From NCBI GenBank assembly GCA_964353355.1, contig CAYGVT010000070.1:65116-129115 (forward strand): a DNA stretch of 64,000 nucleotides, in the 5' to 3' direction. Of this stretch, positions 44,165 through 54,936 are shown one piece after another; the first letter of the stretch is position 1; each line of letters starts with the position of its first letter. The position numbers and the translations under genes are program-made. This stretch comes from an uncultured Thermoplasmata archaeon. GTDB lineage: Archaea; Thermoplasmatota; DTKX01; GCA-020343715. The notes under the pieces are model-generated. The model was not told where the DNA came from. It saw only the letters and a list, made by a program, of their open reading frames with translations, and made no database searches.

Positions 44165-47100
44165 TTGGTCCTGTTCGGCCTCCTCGTGGTACTCGCGACC
44201 GCGGTATCCGCGGCCGACGACACCCCCCCCACGGTCGTGGGCCCGACGGACCGGCCAGGCGCCGATGTTGTGTGGTACAAGGACCAGGAATACACGCTGA
44301 ACGCGACCGGTTCGAGGGACGACAAGGGCATCGTCTCGTACAAGTGGGAGGTGTTCGACCCGGCCGACGCCATTACCGAGTTCACCTCCACCACCCCGAC
44401 CGCGCGTTGGACCCCCACGTCCTTCGGCATCTACAAGGTCATCTCATGGGCCTATGACGCCGCGGGCAACAAGGGCGCGTACGTCTACGCCATCGACGTC
44501 GTCGAGGTCATCCCGGCCCAGCTCATCAAGGACACCTCGGTCAACTACGACCACAGCGTGGCCGTCACGAGCGGCGAGCTGAACTACACGAACACCGACA
44601 TCACCGTCACCGGCGGCCGGAAGGGCGAGGGCACCTCGGTGTCGAGGGGCGAGATGTTCTCCGAGGACGTCAACCAGAAGAGCGGCAAGTACCCCGGCGT
44701 ATGGCAAACACCCTACGGCGGGGACCCATACTACGGCACCATCACGAGGGACACATCCGTCAAGCTCGTGGGCGCAGCGTCCATCAAGTGCGAACCGACG
44801 TCCTACTACACCTATGGCTTCGAGTACGTCTTCGACAACCCCGCCGACCTCACAGCGGTCAATATGCTCACCTTCTGGATGAGATGCGACAGCTCGTCCT
44901 ACCCATATGTCTACGAAATCTACTTCTTCGGGCCTGGCGGCATGAGCAGCTGGAACAGCTACTACTACTCGTACTGCTACTACTATGGCAATTACCAGAC
45001 CTCTGGGACATGGCAGGGGATCTCCATCTCCACGGATATGAACCGTGTCAACTATGGCTACTCGTACAATTACGACCCCGCCCAGTGCTACTCGATCTGG
45101 TTCTACGCCTACACCTACTATACACCCGTATGGATAGACTGCGTGTATCTGTCCAAGGACAACTACATTGACAACATCACCGAATCCGCCTCGCCCACTG
45201 GCCCATGGGCCGGCTACTGGTCCGGAGGCACCACATCCACCAACGCCTATGTGGGCTCAAAGTCCGTATCGATGTATGTCAGCGGCACCAGCTACATCAA
45301 CTACTACTGGAACACCCCCGTGGACCTCTCGAGCTACAATGCCCTCAGGTTGTTCAACTGGTACCCCAACTACTACTACATCCAGTTCTATGGCATGTAC
45401 TTCTACTCGTCCAGTGGCTACGCCTACATGTCGATGAGCCACTACTTCCACTTCTACGCCACGTACATGAACAGTCGGTGGTTCCTCGCGAACGTCCCGT
45501 TCGATAGAACGGGGTACTACAACTACGGCGTCGACTGGACCAAGATCACGAACATGCGTTTCTACACCTACGCCTACTACTCCGGCTATTGCGATATCGA
45601 CGGCCTCGAGTTCTACGCGGCCACGGGGGCGGCGGGTGGCGCACCTACGTTGCAGGAGACCATCCCCCACGGCATCTACGCGATGCAGACCGGCAAGCTG
45701 ACGATGCAGGACGTCAGGTTCAGCTCGCCCGCGGCCTGGGGCGCCTTCGTGAGGTGCGACAATGACCTCACCATCAGGTCCTCCACCTTCGACGGCCTGT
45801 GGGGCACCATGCACCCGAGCATCCTCACCGAGGCCCAGACCTACGGCGGCATCCTGGCCTTCAACGCCAACAACGTCCTGCTGGACGGCATCACCATCAC
45901 GAAGGCCTCGTCCTCGGGCATATACGTCCAGAACTCCAACATCATGGCCAGGAACCTGGACTTCTCGGGCTACGGGGCAGGCTTCCCCGGCGCCGCAGGG
46001 CTCATCATAGCGGAGTCGAACACCAGGGTGAACGAGGTCGACACGGTCACGGTGGAGAAAAGCAGGTTCCATGACGCGCCGGGCGGCTCGGGCATCATGG
46101 TGCTGTCCCAGAACGCCCTGGGCGACGCCACGGTGATGATCGACAGGGTCGTCGCGAGCTCCAACGGCGTCTACGGCGTCTCCATAGAGGTCGTCGGCAT
46201 GACCGGCAACCTGACCGTCAACATCGAAGATTCGGAGTTCCAGCTCAACACGGACTCAGGGTTCGCCTTCGTGGCGCACGACTGCAAGGCCAACGTCAGG
46301 AGCAAGGTCAAGTTCACCATCACCTCCTCGGAGGCAATCGAGAACGGAGGCTACGGCTTCCTCTTCTCCGTCAAGAAGGGCGTGATGTCGGCGACGGGCA
46401 CCGTGACCGACGTGTCTAGCTACGACAACGAGGCCAATGGCCTCGGGTTCGACATCGCCTCGATGGGCGGCGAGTTCAAGATGCTGTTCGTAGGCATCGA
46501 TTCTTACGACAACATCGCCAACGGCATGTTCTCGAAGGTCACCCAGGCCAAGTTCAAGGACCCGCAGGGCAACGAGGTCGTGGGCAACGGGAAGCTCATT
46601 GTGGACATTCGCGACAGCGCATTCAGGAGCAACGACAACGACGGCGTCCATGACGAGTACTCCGCCTCTTCCAGCTACAACGACGCGAACCGGCCCGTCG
46701 TCCGGTACGAGCTGAAGGCGACCCGCGTGGCGTTCGAGCGGAACGGACGGCACGGCTACTCCGTCCAGCCCAACGGCAACCCCTCGTACTCCCCGCGCGA
46801 GGTGTACTACGAGTTCCAGGGCTGCACGTTCTCCGACAACACCCGCGACGGTTTCTACAACCTGCACCAGTCCCAGAACTACTACTACTACGATGGCCTC
46901 TACAACCGCGAGCACTACATGTTCTACGACTGCAACTTCACGTACAACATGCGCGGCATCGAGAACCAGCTGGGCTCGATGTCGTACGCGTACAACCACA
47001 ACGGCGAGAGCACCATCCACGCCTTCCGCTGCAGGTTCCAGGACAACGACTACGAGACCATCCGGTGCACGGGGTACGATTACATCTACGGTGGTGCCAT

Positions 47101-49981
47101 GATAACCGGTGTCGAGTTCCGCGTGGAGGACTCCCTCCTCGACGGCTACGTGCATCTCGACATCAGCGGTGTCCATGACGGGTACGGTTACCTGAGCATA
47201 ACCCCGTACATCAGGGTGTACCTCATCAACGACACGTACACCTCCGACGTCCCGATGCTGCTGCGGTTCACGGGCGAGATGTACTCGTACTACGCACCCA
47301 TCGAGACGACCCTTGTCTACAAGAACGTGAAGCACACCTCGCCCAGCACCGGCGATGGTTTGCGTGTCGACATGTCCAGCGGCTGCTACCTGAAGGCCAT
47401 CGTCGACGTGGAGGACATGGTTTTCGAGAACCCGCTCGGCGACGGCATCCACGCCACCTTCGGCACCACATACCAGTGGCAACAGGGCAAGGCGGTGACC
47501 GTCCGCCTCATCGTCCGCAACGTCGAGATCAACTACCCGATGGAGAAGGGCATTTACACTGAGATCGTCCACGTCAGCGCCGCCGGCGCATCCCAGAAGG
47601 GCTCGTACACGCTCGAGAACGTGACGATAAGGAGCCCCGAGGTGGCCATCAAGACGCAGAACCTGGACGGCGAGATACGCAACTGCCACTTCTTCAACCC
47701 CAAGCAGGAGAACATATACACGTACTACGGCGTCATCGACGTGTACGAGTCCGAGGTCGGCGCCATCGCCGAGTCGAACCTGCGCGTCGACGAGAAGGGC
47801 GCCATCCGCCTGTGGTTCCAGATGGGCGTCAGGGTAATCTGGAAGGGCACCAGCGACCCGGTCATAGGAGCGTCCGTCGAGATCAAGGACAACTCGTGGA
47901 ACATCCTCGGCATCAACGCCATCAACTCCCCCGACCCCGTCGTGTTCACGAACCTGAACGCCTACACGGTGCTGCCCGAGGGCATCTTCACCAAGAACCC
48001 CTACATCATCACCGTGGACTTCCTCGGCATCGTCAAGGAGGTCCGCACGCAGGTGGACAAGAACACCGAGGTCACCATCGAGCTCGTGGACGACATCGCC
48101 CCCAGGCTCACCATCGAATCGCCCAAGGATGGCCAGGAGCAGCGCGAGCAGAGCGTGCTCGTCAAGGGCACGGCCTACGACAAGCACACGGGCCTCGACC
48201 GCGTGATGGTCTCGACCGACGGCAAGATCTGGCGCCGGGCGACCATCGACCCCAACAACGGGTTCACCTACACGTACAACCTCGAGGGCCTCGCCGAGGG
48301 TCTGACCATCATCCGCGTGAGGTCTTACGACCTCGCCGGCAACTTCAAGGAGGGCTCTGCGACCATCCTGGTCGACAGCACACCGCCCCAGCTCAACGTC
48401 ATCACCCCGACGGACGGCATGAGGACGAGCAAGCGCTCGCTCGAGATAGTGGGCACGACCGACGTGGGCGCGAAGGTCTACATCAACGACAGGCCCATCG
48501 ACATCCAGTACACCCTCATCAGCCACCAGCTCGTGCTCGCCGAGGGCCCGAACGCCATCAAGGTGGCTGCGGTGGACTACCTGGGCAACGTCAACGAGGT
48601 CGTGCGGTACGTGACGCTCGACACCCAGGCCCCGTACATCGCCATGGTGACCGAGGACCAGGTCGTAAGCACCCCGGAGGTCACGGTCATCGGCCTGACC
48701 GAGGTCACCGACGTCACCATCAAGGTCGCGGGCTCGCCGGTCGCGGTCGATGCGGAGGGCAGGTTCACGGCCAGGGTCATGCTCAAGGAGGGCCTGAACA
48801 AGGTCGAGGTCTACGGGGTCGACGGCGTCGGCAACGACCGCATCGTCCTCCTCTCCCTGACGCTCGACAGGACGGCCCCGTGGGTGAGGCTCATCGAACC
48901 CAGCGGTACCATGGTCGTCGAGAAGGACATCCTGGTGTCTGGCTTCGTCGAGATAGGCTCGAGCGTGTTCATCAACGACCGCGAGGTCGACGTCACGTTC
49001 GGCCACTTCGAGACCACGGTGTCGGCCCTCGAGGGCGACTTCAAGCTGCACATCGTGGCAATGGACGAGGCCGGCAACGAGGCGGTCCTCGACCGCGTGC
49101 TGCGCGTCGACACCGTGCCGCCTGCCCTCGAGGTCAGGCAGCCAGCGGACAACTTCGTGACCAACGAGCCGACCGTGGCCGTCGTGGGCGCCATAGCCCT
49201 CGATGACGAGCGGGAGGGCGACATCCGGTTCCTGGAGCTCTACATCAACGACGTGCCCCGCCTGTTCAACTTCCAGTCGGGCGAGTTCTCGCAGGACCTG
49301 ATGCTCGAGGAGGGCGTCAACCGCATCGTTGTGCGCGCCGTGGACCTCGCTGGCAACCAGGCGTCGGTCACACGCACCGTGATGCTGGACTCCCAAGCGC
49401 CATACCTGAGCGCGCAGGTCGGCAACGTCCGGATGGACTCGAACTGGAACGAGCCGGTGTCGCTCAGCGACTTCGTCTACGTCGCTGGCTTCACCGAGAT
49501 CGGCGCGGCGCTGACCATCGACGGGGTCTCCGTCGAGGTCGACGCCGAGACGGGTTCCTTCAACTACTCGATGACGCTGCCAGAGCCGACCGGCGACCTG
49601 CGCATCGCCACCAAGACCATCCGGGTCGTGTCGACCGACCCGGCGGGCAACGTGGCGACCCACGAGCAGGCGGTCAACAGGATAACCACCGTCGAGAAGA
49701 CCGAGGAGGGCGCAGGCACGGCCCAGTGGCTCGTGCTCGTGCTCGCCCTGGTCATCTTCGGCCTGTCCTTCGCAGGCGCGATGGGCTACCAGCGCATGCA
49801 GGCCCAGGAGGAGCTCATCGAGGAGCTCGGCTCCAAGCCGACGCCCGTCGTGACCCCGGAGGGCAAGGTCGTGTCCTCGCCGCCGGCCAGGCCCGTGAGG
49901 GGCGGCCGCGCGAGGGCCAAGCCCCCTGCGGAGAAGGGCGACGAGGTGGTAGTGGACCTCGACAAGGAGGAGGTGAAGTAG
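44165..49981 (+). CDS. Giant surface protein 1 (1938 aa): N-terminal PKD-like + Tyr-rich beta-helix region + right-handed beta-helix (PbH1/NosD-like) + about 6 Ig-like repeats + C-terminal TM + cytoplasmic tail
   Basis: Hydrophobic N-terminus; beta-helix repeat signatures (N/D-rich VxIxxS/N turns); about 95-aa repeats LDTxxPxLxV..P.DG..T....I.V.G.TE.GA.V.INGxxV..F..V.L.EG.N.I.VxAxDxAGN; TM VLVLALVIFGLSFAGAM; TTG start (see finding on start). Confidence 0.8.
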   Translation: MVLFGLLVVLATAVSAADDTPPTVVGPTDRPGADVVWYKDQEYTLNATGSRDDKGIVSYKWEVFDPADAITEFTSTTPTARWTPTSFGIYKVISWAYDAAGNKGAYVYAIDVVEVIPAQLIKDTSVNYDHSVAVTSGELNYTNTDITVTGGRKGEGTSVSRGEMFSEDVNQKSGKYPGVWQTPYGGDPYYGTITRDTSVKLVGAASIKCEPTSYYTYGFEYVFDNPADLTAVNMLTFWMRCDSSSYPYVYEIYFFGPGGMSSWNSYYYSYCYYYGNYQTSGTWQGISISTDMNRVNYGYSYNYDPAQCYSIWFYAYTYYTPVWIDCVYLSKDNYIDNITESASPTGPWAGYWSGGTTSTNAYVGSKSVSMYVSGTSYINYYWNTPVDLSSYNALRLFNWYPNYYYIQFYGMYFYSSSGYAYMSMSHYFHFYATYMNSRWFLANVPFDRTGYYNYGVDWTKITNMRFYTYAYYSGYCDIDGLEFYAATGAAGGAPTLQETIPHGIYAMQTGKLTMQDVRFSSPAAWGAFVRCDNDLTIRSSTFDGLWGTMHPSILTEAQTYGGILAFNANNVLLDGITITKASSSGIYVQNSNIMARNLDFSGYGAGFPGAAGLIIAESNTRVNEVDTVTVEKSRFHDAPGGSGIMVLSQNALGDATVMIDRVVASSNGVYGVSIEVVGMTGNLTVNIEDSEFQLNTDSGFAFVAHDCKANVRSKVKFTITSSEAIENGGYGFLFSVKKGVMSATGTVTDVSSYDNEANGLGFDIASMGGEFKMLFVGIDSYDNIANGMFSKVTQAKFKDPQGNEVVGNGKLIVDIRDSAFRSNDNDGVHDEYSASSSYNDANRPVVRYELKATRVAFERNGRHGYSVQPNGNPSYSPREVYYEFQGCTFSDNTRDGFYNLHQSQNYYYYDGLYNREHYMFYDCNFTYNMRGIENQLGSMSYAYNHNGESTIHAFRCRFQDNDYETIRCTGYDYIYGGAMITGVEFRVEDSLLDGYVHLDISGVHDGYGYLSITPYIRVYLINDTYTSDVPMLLRFTGEMYSYYAPIETTLVYKNVKHTSPSTGDGLRVDMSSGCYLKAIVDVEDMVFENPLGDGIHATFGTTYQWQQGKAVTVRLIVRNVEINYPMEKGIYTEIVHVSAAGASQKGSYTLENVTIRSPEVAIKTQNLDGEIRNCHFFNPKQENIYTYYGVIDVYESEVGAIAESNLRVDEKGAIRLWFQMGVRVIWKGTSDPVIGASVEIKDNSWNILGINAINSPDPVVFTNLNAYTVLPEGIFTKNPYIITVDFLGIVKEVRTQVDKNTEVTIELVDDIAPRLTIESPKDGQEQREQSVLVKGTAYDKHTGLDRVMVSTDGKIWRRATIDPNNGFTYTYNLEGLAEGLTIIRVRSYDLAGNFKEGSATILVDSTPPQLNVITPTDGMRTSKRSLEIVGTTDVGAKVYINDRPIDIQYTLISHQLVLAEGPNAIKVAAVDYLGNVNEVVRYVTLDTQAPYIAMVTEDQVVSTPEVTVIGLTEVTDVTIKVAGSPVAVDAEGRFTARVMLKEGLNKVEVYGVDGVGNDRIVLLSLTLDRTAPWVRLIEPSGTMVVEKDILVSGFVEIGSSVFINDREVDVTFGHFETTVSALEGDFKLHIVAMDEAGNEAVLDRVLRVDTVPPALEVRQPADNFVTNEPTVAVVGAIALDDEREGDIRFLELYINDVPRLFNFQSGEFSQDLMLEEGVNRIVVRAVDLAGNQASVTRTVMLDSQAPYLSAQVGNVRMDSNWNEPVSLSDFVYVAGFTEIGAALTIDGVSVEVDAETGSFNYSMTLPEPTGDLRIATKTIRVVSTDPAGNVATHEQAVNRITTVEKTEEGAGTAQWLVLVLALVIFGLSFAGAMGYQRMQAQEELIEELGSKPTPVVTPEGKVVSSPPARPVRGGRARAKPPAEKGDEVVVDLDKEEVK

Positions 49982-49982
49982 G

Positions 49983-52900
49983 ATGCAGGGGAGGGGAAGC
50001 CTGCTCTGTGTGGTCGCCATCGCGGCCATCGCGGTGGCGGCCATGGCAGTGGTCCTCTGGACCACGCCGGCGGACGCGACCATAACCGGCACGCCGCTGC
50101 CGTCGTACGGCAACGACTGGGTCATCGACAGGGACACGAACGCGCTCAACGAGAAGATCAACATGTACGGCAGGATCATCGTCCAGTCGGGCACGCGCCT
50201 GTACATGAAGTCGGTGACGATCACCATCGAATCGGACAACGCCGGCGAGCACGGCATCACTGTCGAAGAGGACGGCGAGCTCGAGCTCGAGGTCACGACC
50301 ATCGAGGCGCTCAAGGACGAGGACGGCTGGAGCTTCGAGGTGTGGGGCGAGCTCAACATCCACGACGACGTCACCCTCTACGACGTGCAGGACGGGCTGC
50401 AGCTCTACTCCGACTACGACACGGTGACCATCGACAAGCTCAAGATGTACTCGCAGGGGCAGTGGGGCATCTACATCGAGACGTGCGACCCCAGCATCTC
50501 CAACTCCGAGGTCTACCACGCCGTCCCGGCCGGCTGGACCGGCTACGGCGTGTACATCTACGGCGACCCGGGCTTCCTGTCGACGCCGGTGTTCGACGCG
50601 CTCTTCGTCAAGGTCAGCTGCACCGACGAGTGGGAGAGGTTCAACAACTGGGAGTCGAGCTGGTTTAGCATCTACGGCCTGTACGCCGACGGCGCCTACT
50701 TCGACCCGCTCGAGGGCATCACCATCAGCTTCGAGGAGCGGCTCAAGGCGACGCTCAACACCACCGGCACCGGGTACCTGTTCGTGGACTTCAACACCTA
50801 CGGCATCTACCTGACCGGTGCGACCGAGCTCTACGGCATGAACGGCGTCGAGGTCATCGACGGCACCTTCTTCGTGGACGCCATCGGGACGGGCGGCCTC
50901 AGCTCCGGCCAGATCTACATGAACAACAACTTCTACGGGCTTTACAACCAAATCTGGTACGGCAGCTCCCCCGCCATGCTCAGCGGGCTCGTCGTGAGGA
51001 ACCACAAGATGGACTACAACGGCAACAACATCTTCAACGATGTCTACAAGAACTCCTACGGCTACGCCATCTACTGGTACCCGAGCTCCACGGTGTCGTA
51101 CGACCTCAAGTTCACCGCCATCGAGCTGAGCGACCTCGAGGTCGGTCGCATGTTCGAGATAGACCAGAACTACGCCCTCACGGTCGAGGGATGCATACTC
51201 CACGGCAACTACATCCAGTGGAACATGGTCGAGTTATCGTGGAGGAGCAACGCAGTGACCTTCGCGAACAACAACATCACGGACAACGTCCTCGAGAACG
51301 GGGCTCTGTTCTACGCCTACTACCTCCAGGGCAAGCTCACCATCGAGGCCAACGACATCTCCGGCAACGAGTACTACCGGCTGGTCTACATGTACTACAA
51401 CAGGGAGACGGTCAAGATAGCCCAGAACACCTTCGTGGGGAACAAGGAGTCCCAGTACGGCTCGGACGCCTTCTTCCACTTCGAGAGCCAGAACGCGGGC
51501 GTGACGGTCGAGTCGAACCTGTTCCTCAACAACACCTACAGGTACTTCCTGTACAGCTACTACGCGAGGGGCGAGATACAGGTGCTCGCGAACAACTTCA
51601 CCGGCAACGACGGCTCCCAGCAGATGTTCTACGTGCCCTACGTGAACAGCGCGTTCGCGCTCAAGTCCAACGAGATGTACAACAACTCCATGGGCGGAGG
51701 CGTGTTCGCCAACTACAACTACAGGGACATCACCATCGCGGATAACGTCATCATGGGCAACCACATCGGCGCCCAGTCGTTCCTGGACAGCTGGGGCAAC
51801 AACCAGGCGGGCTTCACCGTCAAGGACAACCTCTTCCAGGACAACGACCTGTCCGGCTCGCTGCTCAGGTTCTTCGGCCTGGGCTACTGGAAGGGCGGCG
51901 GCGTGCCGCTCGCGGTCGAGAACAACAAGTTCATAAACAACTCGGGCTCTGTGGCCACGAACAACGGCCTCATCTTCTTCCAGTTCGTGAAGCAGACCCA
52001 CACGATATCGAACAACTACTTCGCGAACAACAGCGCGAGCTGCATCGTCAACTTCATGCCCTACACCTACGGCTACGCGTACCAGGGCTACTCCTACGGC
52101 GAGAACCACCCGACGTACTGGTTCTACTACGAGAGCAACGAGTTCATCGGGAACGAGGGCAAGTGCATCGCCATCACGGAGTGCGACAACAACAACATCC
52201 AGATACGTCAGAACAAGGCCACCGGCAACAAGGACTACGTGGTGTTCATCGAGCAGACCACGAACTACATATACAACTACATCTCGGACCCCTACATCTA
52301 CATCTACGGGTACGGCACGAACGGGCCCGACACGATCAGGATCGAGAGCAACAACATCTCCGGGAACCCCGGTGGCGGCATCTACGCCCGCACGAACTTC
52401 TACGACCCCGACTACTACTACTACGAGCCGGGCAACCCCAACCAGGAGGTCTCCATCAAGAACAACTTCCTCATGGACAACGGCAAGGACGGCTGGGCGC
52501 TCCTGCTCAGCGGCCTTTACAAGAGGCCATCCATGAAGTCCAACAACCTTGACGGCAGCGCGATGGGCCAGTACCTCGGGATGATCACGACCGACGACCC
52601 CAGGAGGTTGCCGTTCACCGTCGAGTACCGCGACCTGGTCCAGGACGGCGGGGACAACGGCGTGACCGCCTACGGCTTCGAGTACATCGAGGCCGCCTTC
52701 TACGGCTGCTCGCTGCTCAACTACACGGAGTGCCTGTACGCCAAGGACTGCGAGGTCAACACCTGGGACAGCGCCATCCCCGAGGCGGGCGGGAAGACGG
52801 AGGGCAAGGGACGCATCTACGTCCACAACATGCTCGAGATCTGGGTCACGTGGGCCAACGCCACGGGCGTCGACAGCTACGTGCCGGTCCCGAAGGCCGT

Positions 52901-54932
52901 GGTGTCGCTGCTCGCCCACAACGGCGAGTACTCCGGCTCTCTATTCGCCGATGAGAACGGCAAGCTGCCCGTCAGGGAGGTCATGACCTGGAAGAGCGTC
53001 GAGGGCACGATGTACCAGTACTCGCCCTGGAACGCGACCATCATGGCCAACGAGACATCGACGCTGCACAAGATGCACCTGATGGGCAACCGTGTCGGAC
53101 CCGCCAACCCCATGAGGCTGACCCTCGTGGACATATTCATCCCCGAGGTCATCATCTCGAACCCGCAGGAGGGCACGCTCGTCGCCACCAGCAACGTGAT
53201 CGGCGAGGGCTTCCTGTTCGAGCGCGGCTCCGGCATCGTCATCTTCGAGGGCCAGACCGAGATGGCCCCCAACGACTGGGACGACGTCTCGCCGAACGTG
53301 CTGTGGCAGTACGAGTTCATGGGCCTGAGCGAGGGCGAGCACTCGCTGACCGTCCGCGCGAGGGACCTGTCGGGCAACTGGAACCAGTCCACGGTCAAGA
53401 TAGTCACCGACCTGACCGACCCGGCGCTCACCGCGCAGCTCGAGTACACCGACGGCAGGGTCATCCCCTACGACCCCATCAAGGGCGGCTTCTTCGTGCG
53501 CGAGAAGGAGATAGCCATCAACGGCACCTACAGCGACAACTTCGCCCCGCTCAGGGACATCATCATCCGCATCAACGGCGTGCCCGAGTGGATCCCCTCT
53601 AGCATGGTCGGCAAGATATTCAAGCGCATCCGCCCCGACCAGGGCATCAACACCTACATCATCGACGCGACCGACACGGCCGGCAGGCGCACGACCGTCC
53701 GCCTGTACGTGTCCCTCGACAGCTACGCGCCGACGGTGTACCTCTACACCCCGCTGCAGGGCGACGTCGTGGGCAACCGGACGATGACCGTCACCGGCCT
53801 GACCGAGCCCAACACGAAGATGGCGGTCCTCGTGACCGCCGCCGCGGGCGAGCGGACCTACGAGGCCGTTTCCGCGAACGACGGCACTTTCGCCATCGAC
53901 GTGGAGCTCTTCGAGAACATCCAGAAGCTCATAGTGACCGCCACCGACAGCGCGAACAACCCGACCCAGCTGTCCAGGGACGTGACGCTCGACACGACAC
54001 CGCCCAACTTCGACATCAACAAGCCCGAGACGAGCCCCCTGACCACCAACCAGGTGAAGTACACCGTCATCGGCACCATGACCTTCTCGCCCGAGGCCTC
54101 TGTCTACATCAACGGCCAGAAGGTGCCCAACACCGGGGTCTTCAGGCGCACGCTCGTGCTGCAGGAAGGCTCGAACCTGGTCGAGATCAAGGCCGTCGAC
54201 TCGGTCGGCAACGCCATGACCAAGTACGTGACCCTGATAAGGGACACGGTGAAGCCCATCCTCGAGGTCCTCGAGCCGAAGGGAGACTACCTGCTGACGA
54301 ACCAGAGCACCATCCGGTTCTCCGGCACGTCCCAGGTGGCCGACAAGGTCGGCGGAGGCGTGTTCATCGTCCACAAGGGCACGCCCCTGAAGGCGACGCT
54401 CGTGACCGGTGACTGGAAGGGCAAGGCCACGTGGGAGTACCTCCTCGAGCTCGGCCCCATCGACCTTGACCAGGTCATCGAGGTCAAGGCCGTCGACCTG
54501 GCCAACAACGAGGTCTTGGTGCCCATCCACGTGGTGCTCGACAACATCGCGCCCTTGCTGCGCATCGACGAGCCCGCCCAGCCACTGACCGTGAAGACCC
54601 CCAGGGTGAACGTCACGGGCCTGACCGACGAGACGGTCCTCGTGGTGTACATCCAGGGCATCGAGTTCCCCGTGAAGGGCGGCGAGTTCAGCGTCGTGTG
54701 GCCCCTCACCGCGGGCATCAATCCCATCAGCATCGTCGTCAAGGACAACGCGGGCAACGAGAACAAGGTCGACCTCCGGGTGACCTACGAGGCACCCGTG
54801 ATAGACATTCCAAGCGATGATACGGGGATGGAAATCCCCTACTGGTGGGGCATGGTGCTCATAGTGGCGGCCGTGACCGTCATCGTGACCGCGATATTCG
54901 TGTCCAGCCAGCGCGCCGGACGGGGGAGGTGA
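49983..54932 (+). CDS. Giant surface protein 2 (1649 aa), paralog: signal peptide + beta-helix domain + Ig-like repeats + C-terminal TM
   Basis: Signal peptide MQGRGSLLCVVAIAAIAVAAMAVV; N-terminal ADATITGTPLPSYGNDWVIDRDT cap shared with paralogs 3/4; RBS AAGGAGGAGGTG; start 2 nt after the previous stop. Confidence 0.8.
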   Translation: MQGRGSLLCVVAIAAIAVAAMAVVLWTTPADATITGTPLPSYGNDWVIDRDTNALNEKINMYGRIIVQSGTRLYMKSVTITIESDNAGEHGITVEEDGELELEVTTIEALKDEDGWSFEVWGELNIHDDVTLYDVQDGLQLYSDYDTVTIDKLKMYSQGQWGIYIETCDPSISNSEVYHAVPAGWTGYGVYIYGDPGFLSTPVFDALFVKVSCTDEWERFNNWESSWFSIYGLYADGAYFDPLEGITISFEERLKATLNTTGTGYLFVDFNTYGIYLTGATELYGMNGVEVIDGTFFVDAIGTGGLSSGQIYMNNNFYGLYNQIWYGSSPAMLSGLVVRNHKMDYNGNNIFNDVYKNSYGYAIYWYPSSTVSYDLKFTAIELSDLEVGRMFEIDQNYALTVEGCILHGNYIQWNMVELSWRSNAVTFANNNITDNVLENGALFYAYYLQGKLTIEANDISGNEYYRLVYMYYNRETVKIAQNTFVGNKESQYGSDAFFHFESQNAGVTVESNLFLNNTYRYFLYSYYARGEIQVLANNFTGNDGSQQMFYVPYVNSAFALKSNEMYNNSMGGGVFANYNYRDITIADNVIMGNHIGAQSFLDSWGNNQAGFTVKDNLFQDNDLSGSLLRFFGLGYWKGGGVPLAVENNKFINNSGSVATNNGLIFFQFVKQTHTISNNYFANNSASCIVNFMPYTYGYAYQGYSYGENHPTYWFYYESNEFIGNEGKCIAITECDNNNIQIRQNKATGNKDYVVFIEQTTNYIYNYISDPYIYIYGYGTNGPDTIRIESNNISGNPGGGIYARTNFYDPDYYYYEPGNPNQEVSIKNNFLMDNGKDGWALLLSGLYKRPSMKSNNLDGSAMGQYLGMITTDDPRRLPFTVEYRDLVQDGGDNGVTAYGFEYIEAAFYGCSLLNYTECLYAKDCEVNTWDSAIPEAGGKTEGKGRIYVHNMLEIWVTWANATGVDSYVPVPKAVVSLLAHNGEYSGSLFADENGKLPVREVMTWKSVEGTMYQYSPWNATIMANETSTLHKMHLMGNRVGPANPMRLTLVDIFIPEVIISNPQEGTLVATSNVIGEGFLFERGSGIVIFEGQTEMAPNDWDDVSPNVLWQYEFMGLSEGEHSLTVRARDLSGNWNQSTVKIVTDLTDPALTAQLEYTDGRVIPYDPIKGGFFVREKEIAINGTYSDNFAPLRDIIIRINGVPEWIPSSMVGKIFKRIRPDQGINTYIIDATDTAGRRTTVRLYVSLDSYAPTVYLYTPLQGDVVGNRTMTVTGLTEPNTKMAVLVTAAAGERTYEAVSANDGTFAIDVELFENIQKLIVTATDSANNPTQLSRDVTLDTTPPNFDINKPETSPLTTNQVKYTVIGTMTFSPEASVYINGQKVPNTGVFRRTLVLQEGSNLVEIKAVDSVGNAMTKYVTLIRDTVKPILEVLEPKGDYLLTNQSTIRFSGTSQVADKVGGGVFIVHKGTPLKATLVTGDWKGKATWEYLLELGPIDLDQVIEVKAVDLANNEVLVPIHVVLDNIAPLLRIDEPAQPLTVKTPRVNVTGLTDETVLVVYIQGIEFPVKGGEFSVVWPLTAGINPISIVVKDNAGNENKVDLRVTYEAPVIDIPSDDTGMEIPYWWGMVLIVAAVTVIVTAIFVSSQRAGRGR

Positions 54933-54936
54933 GCCA

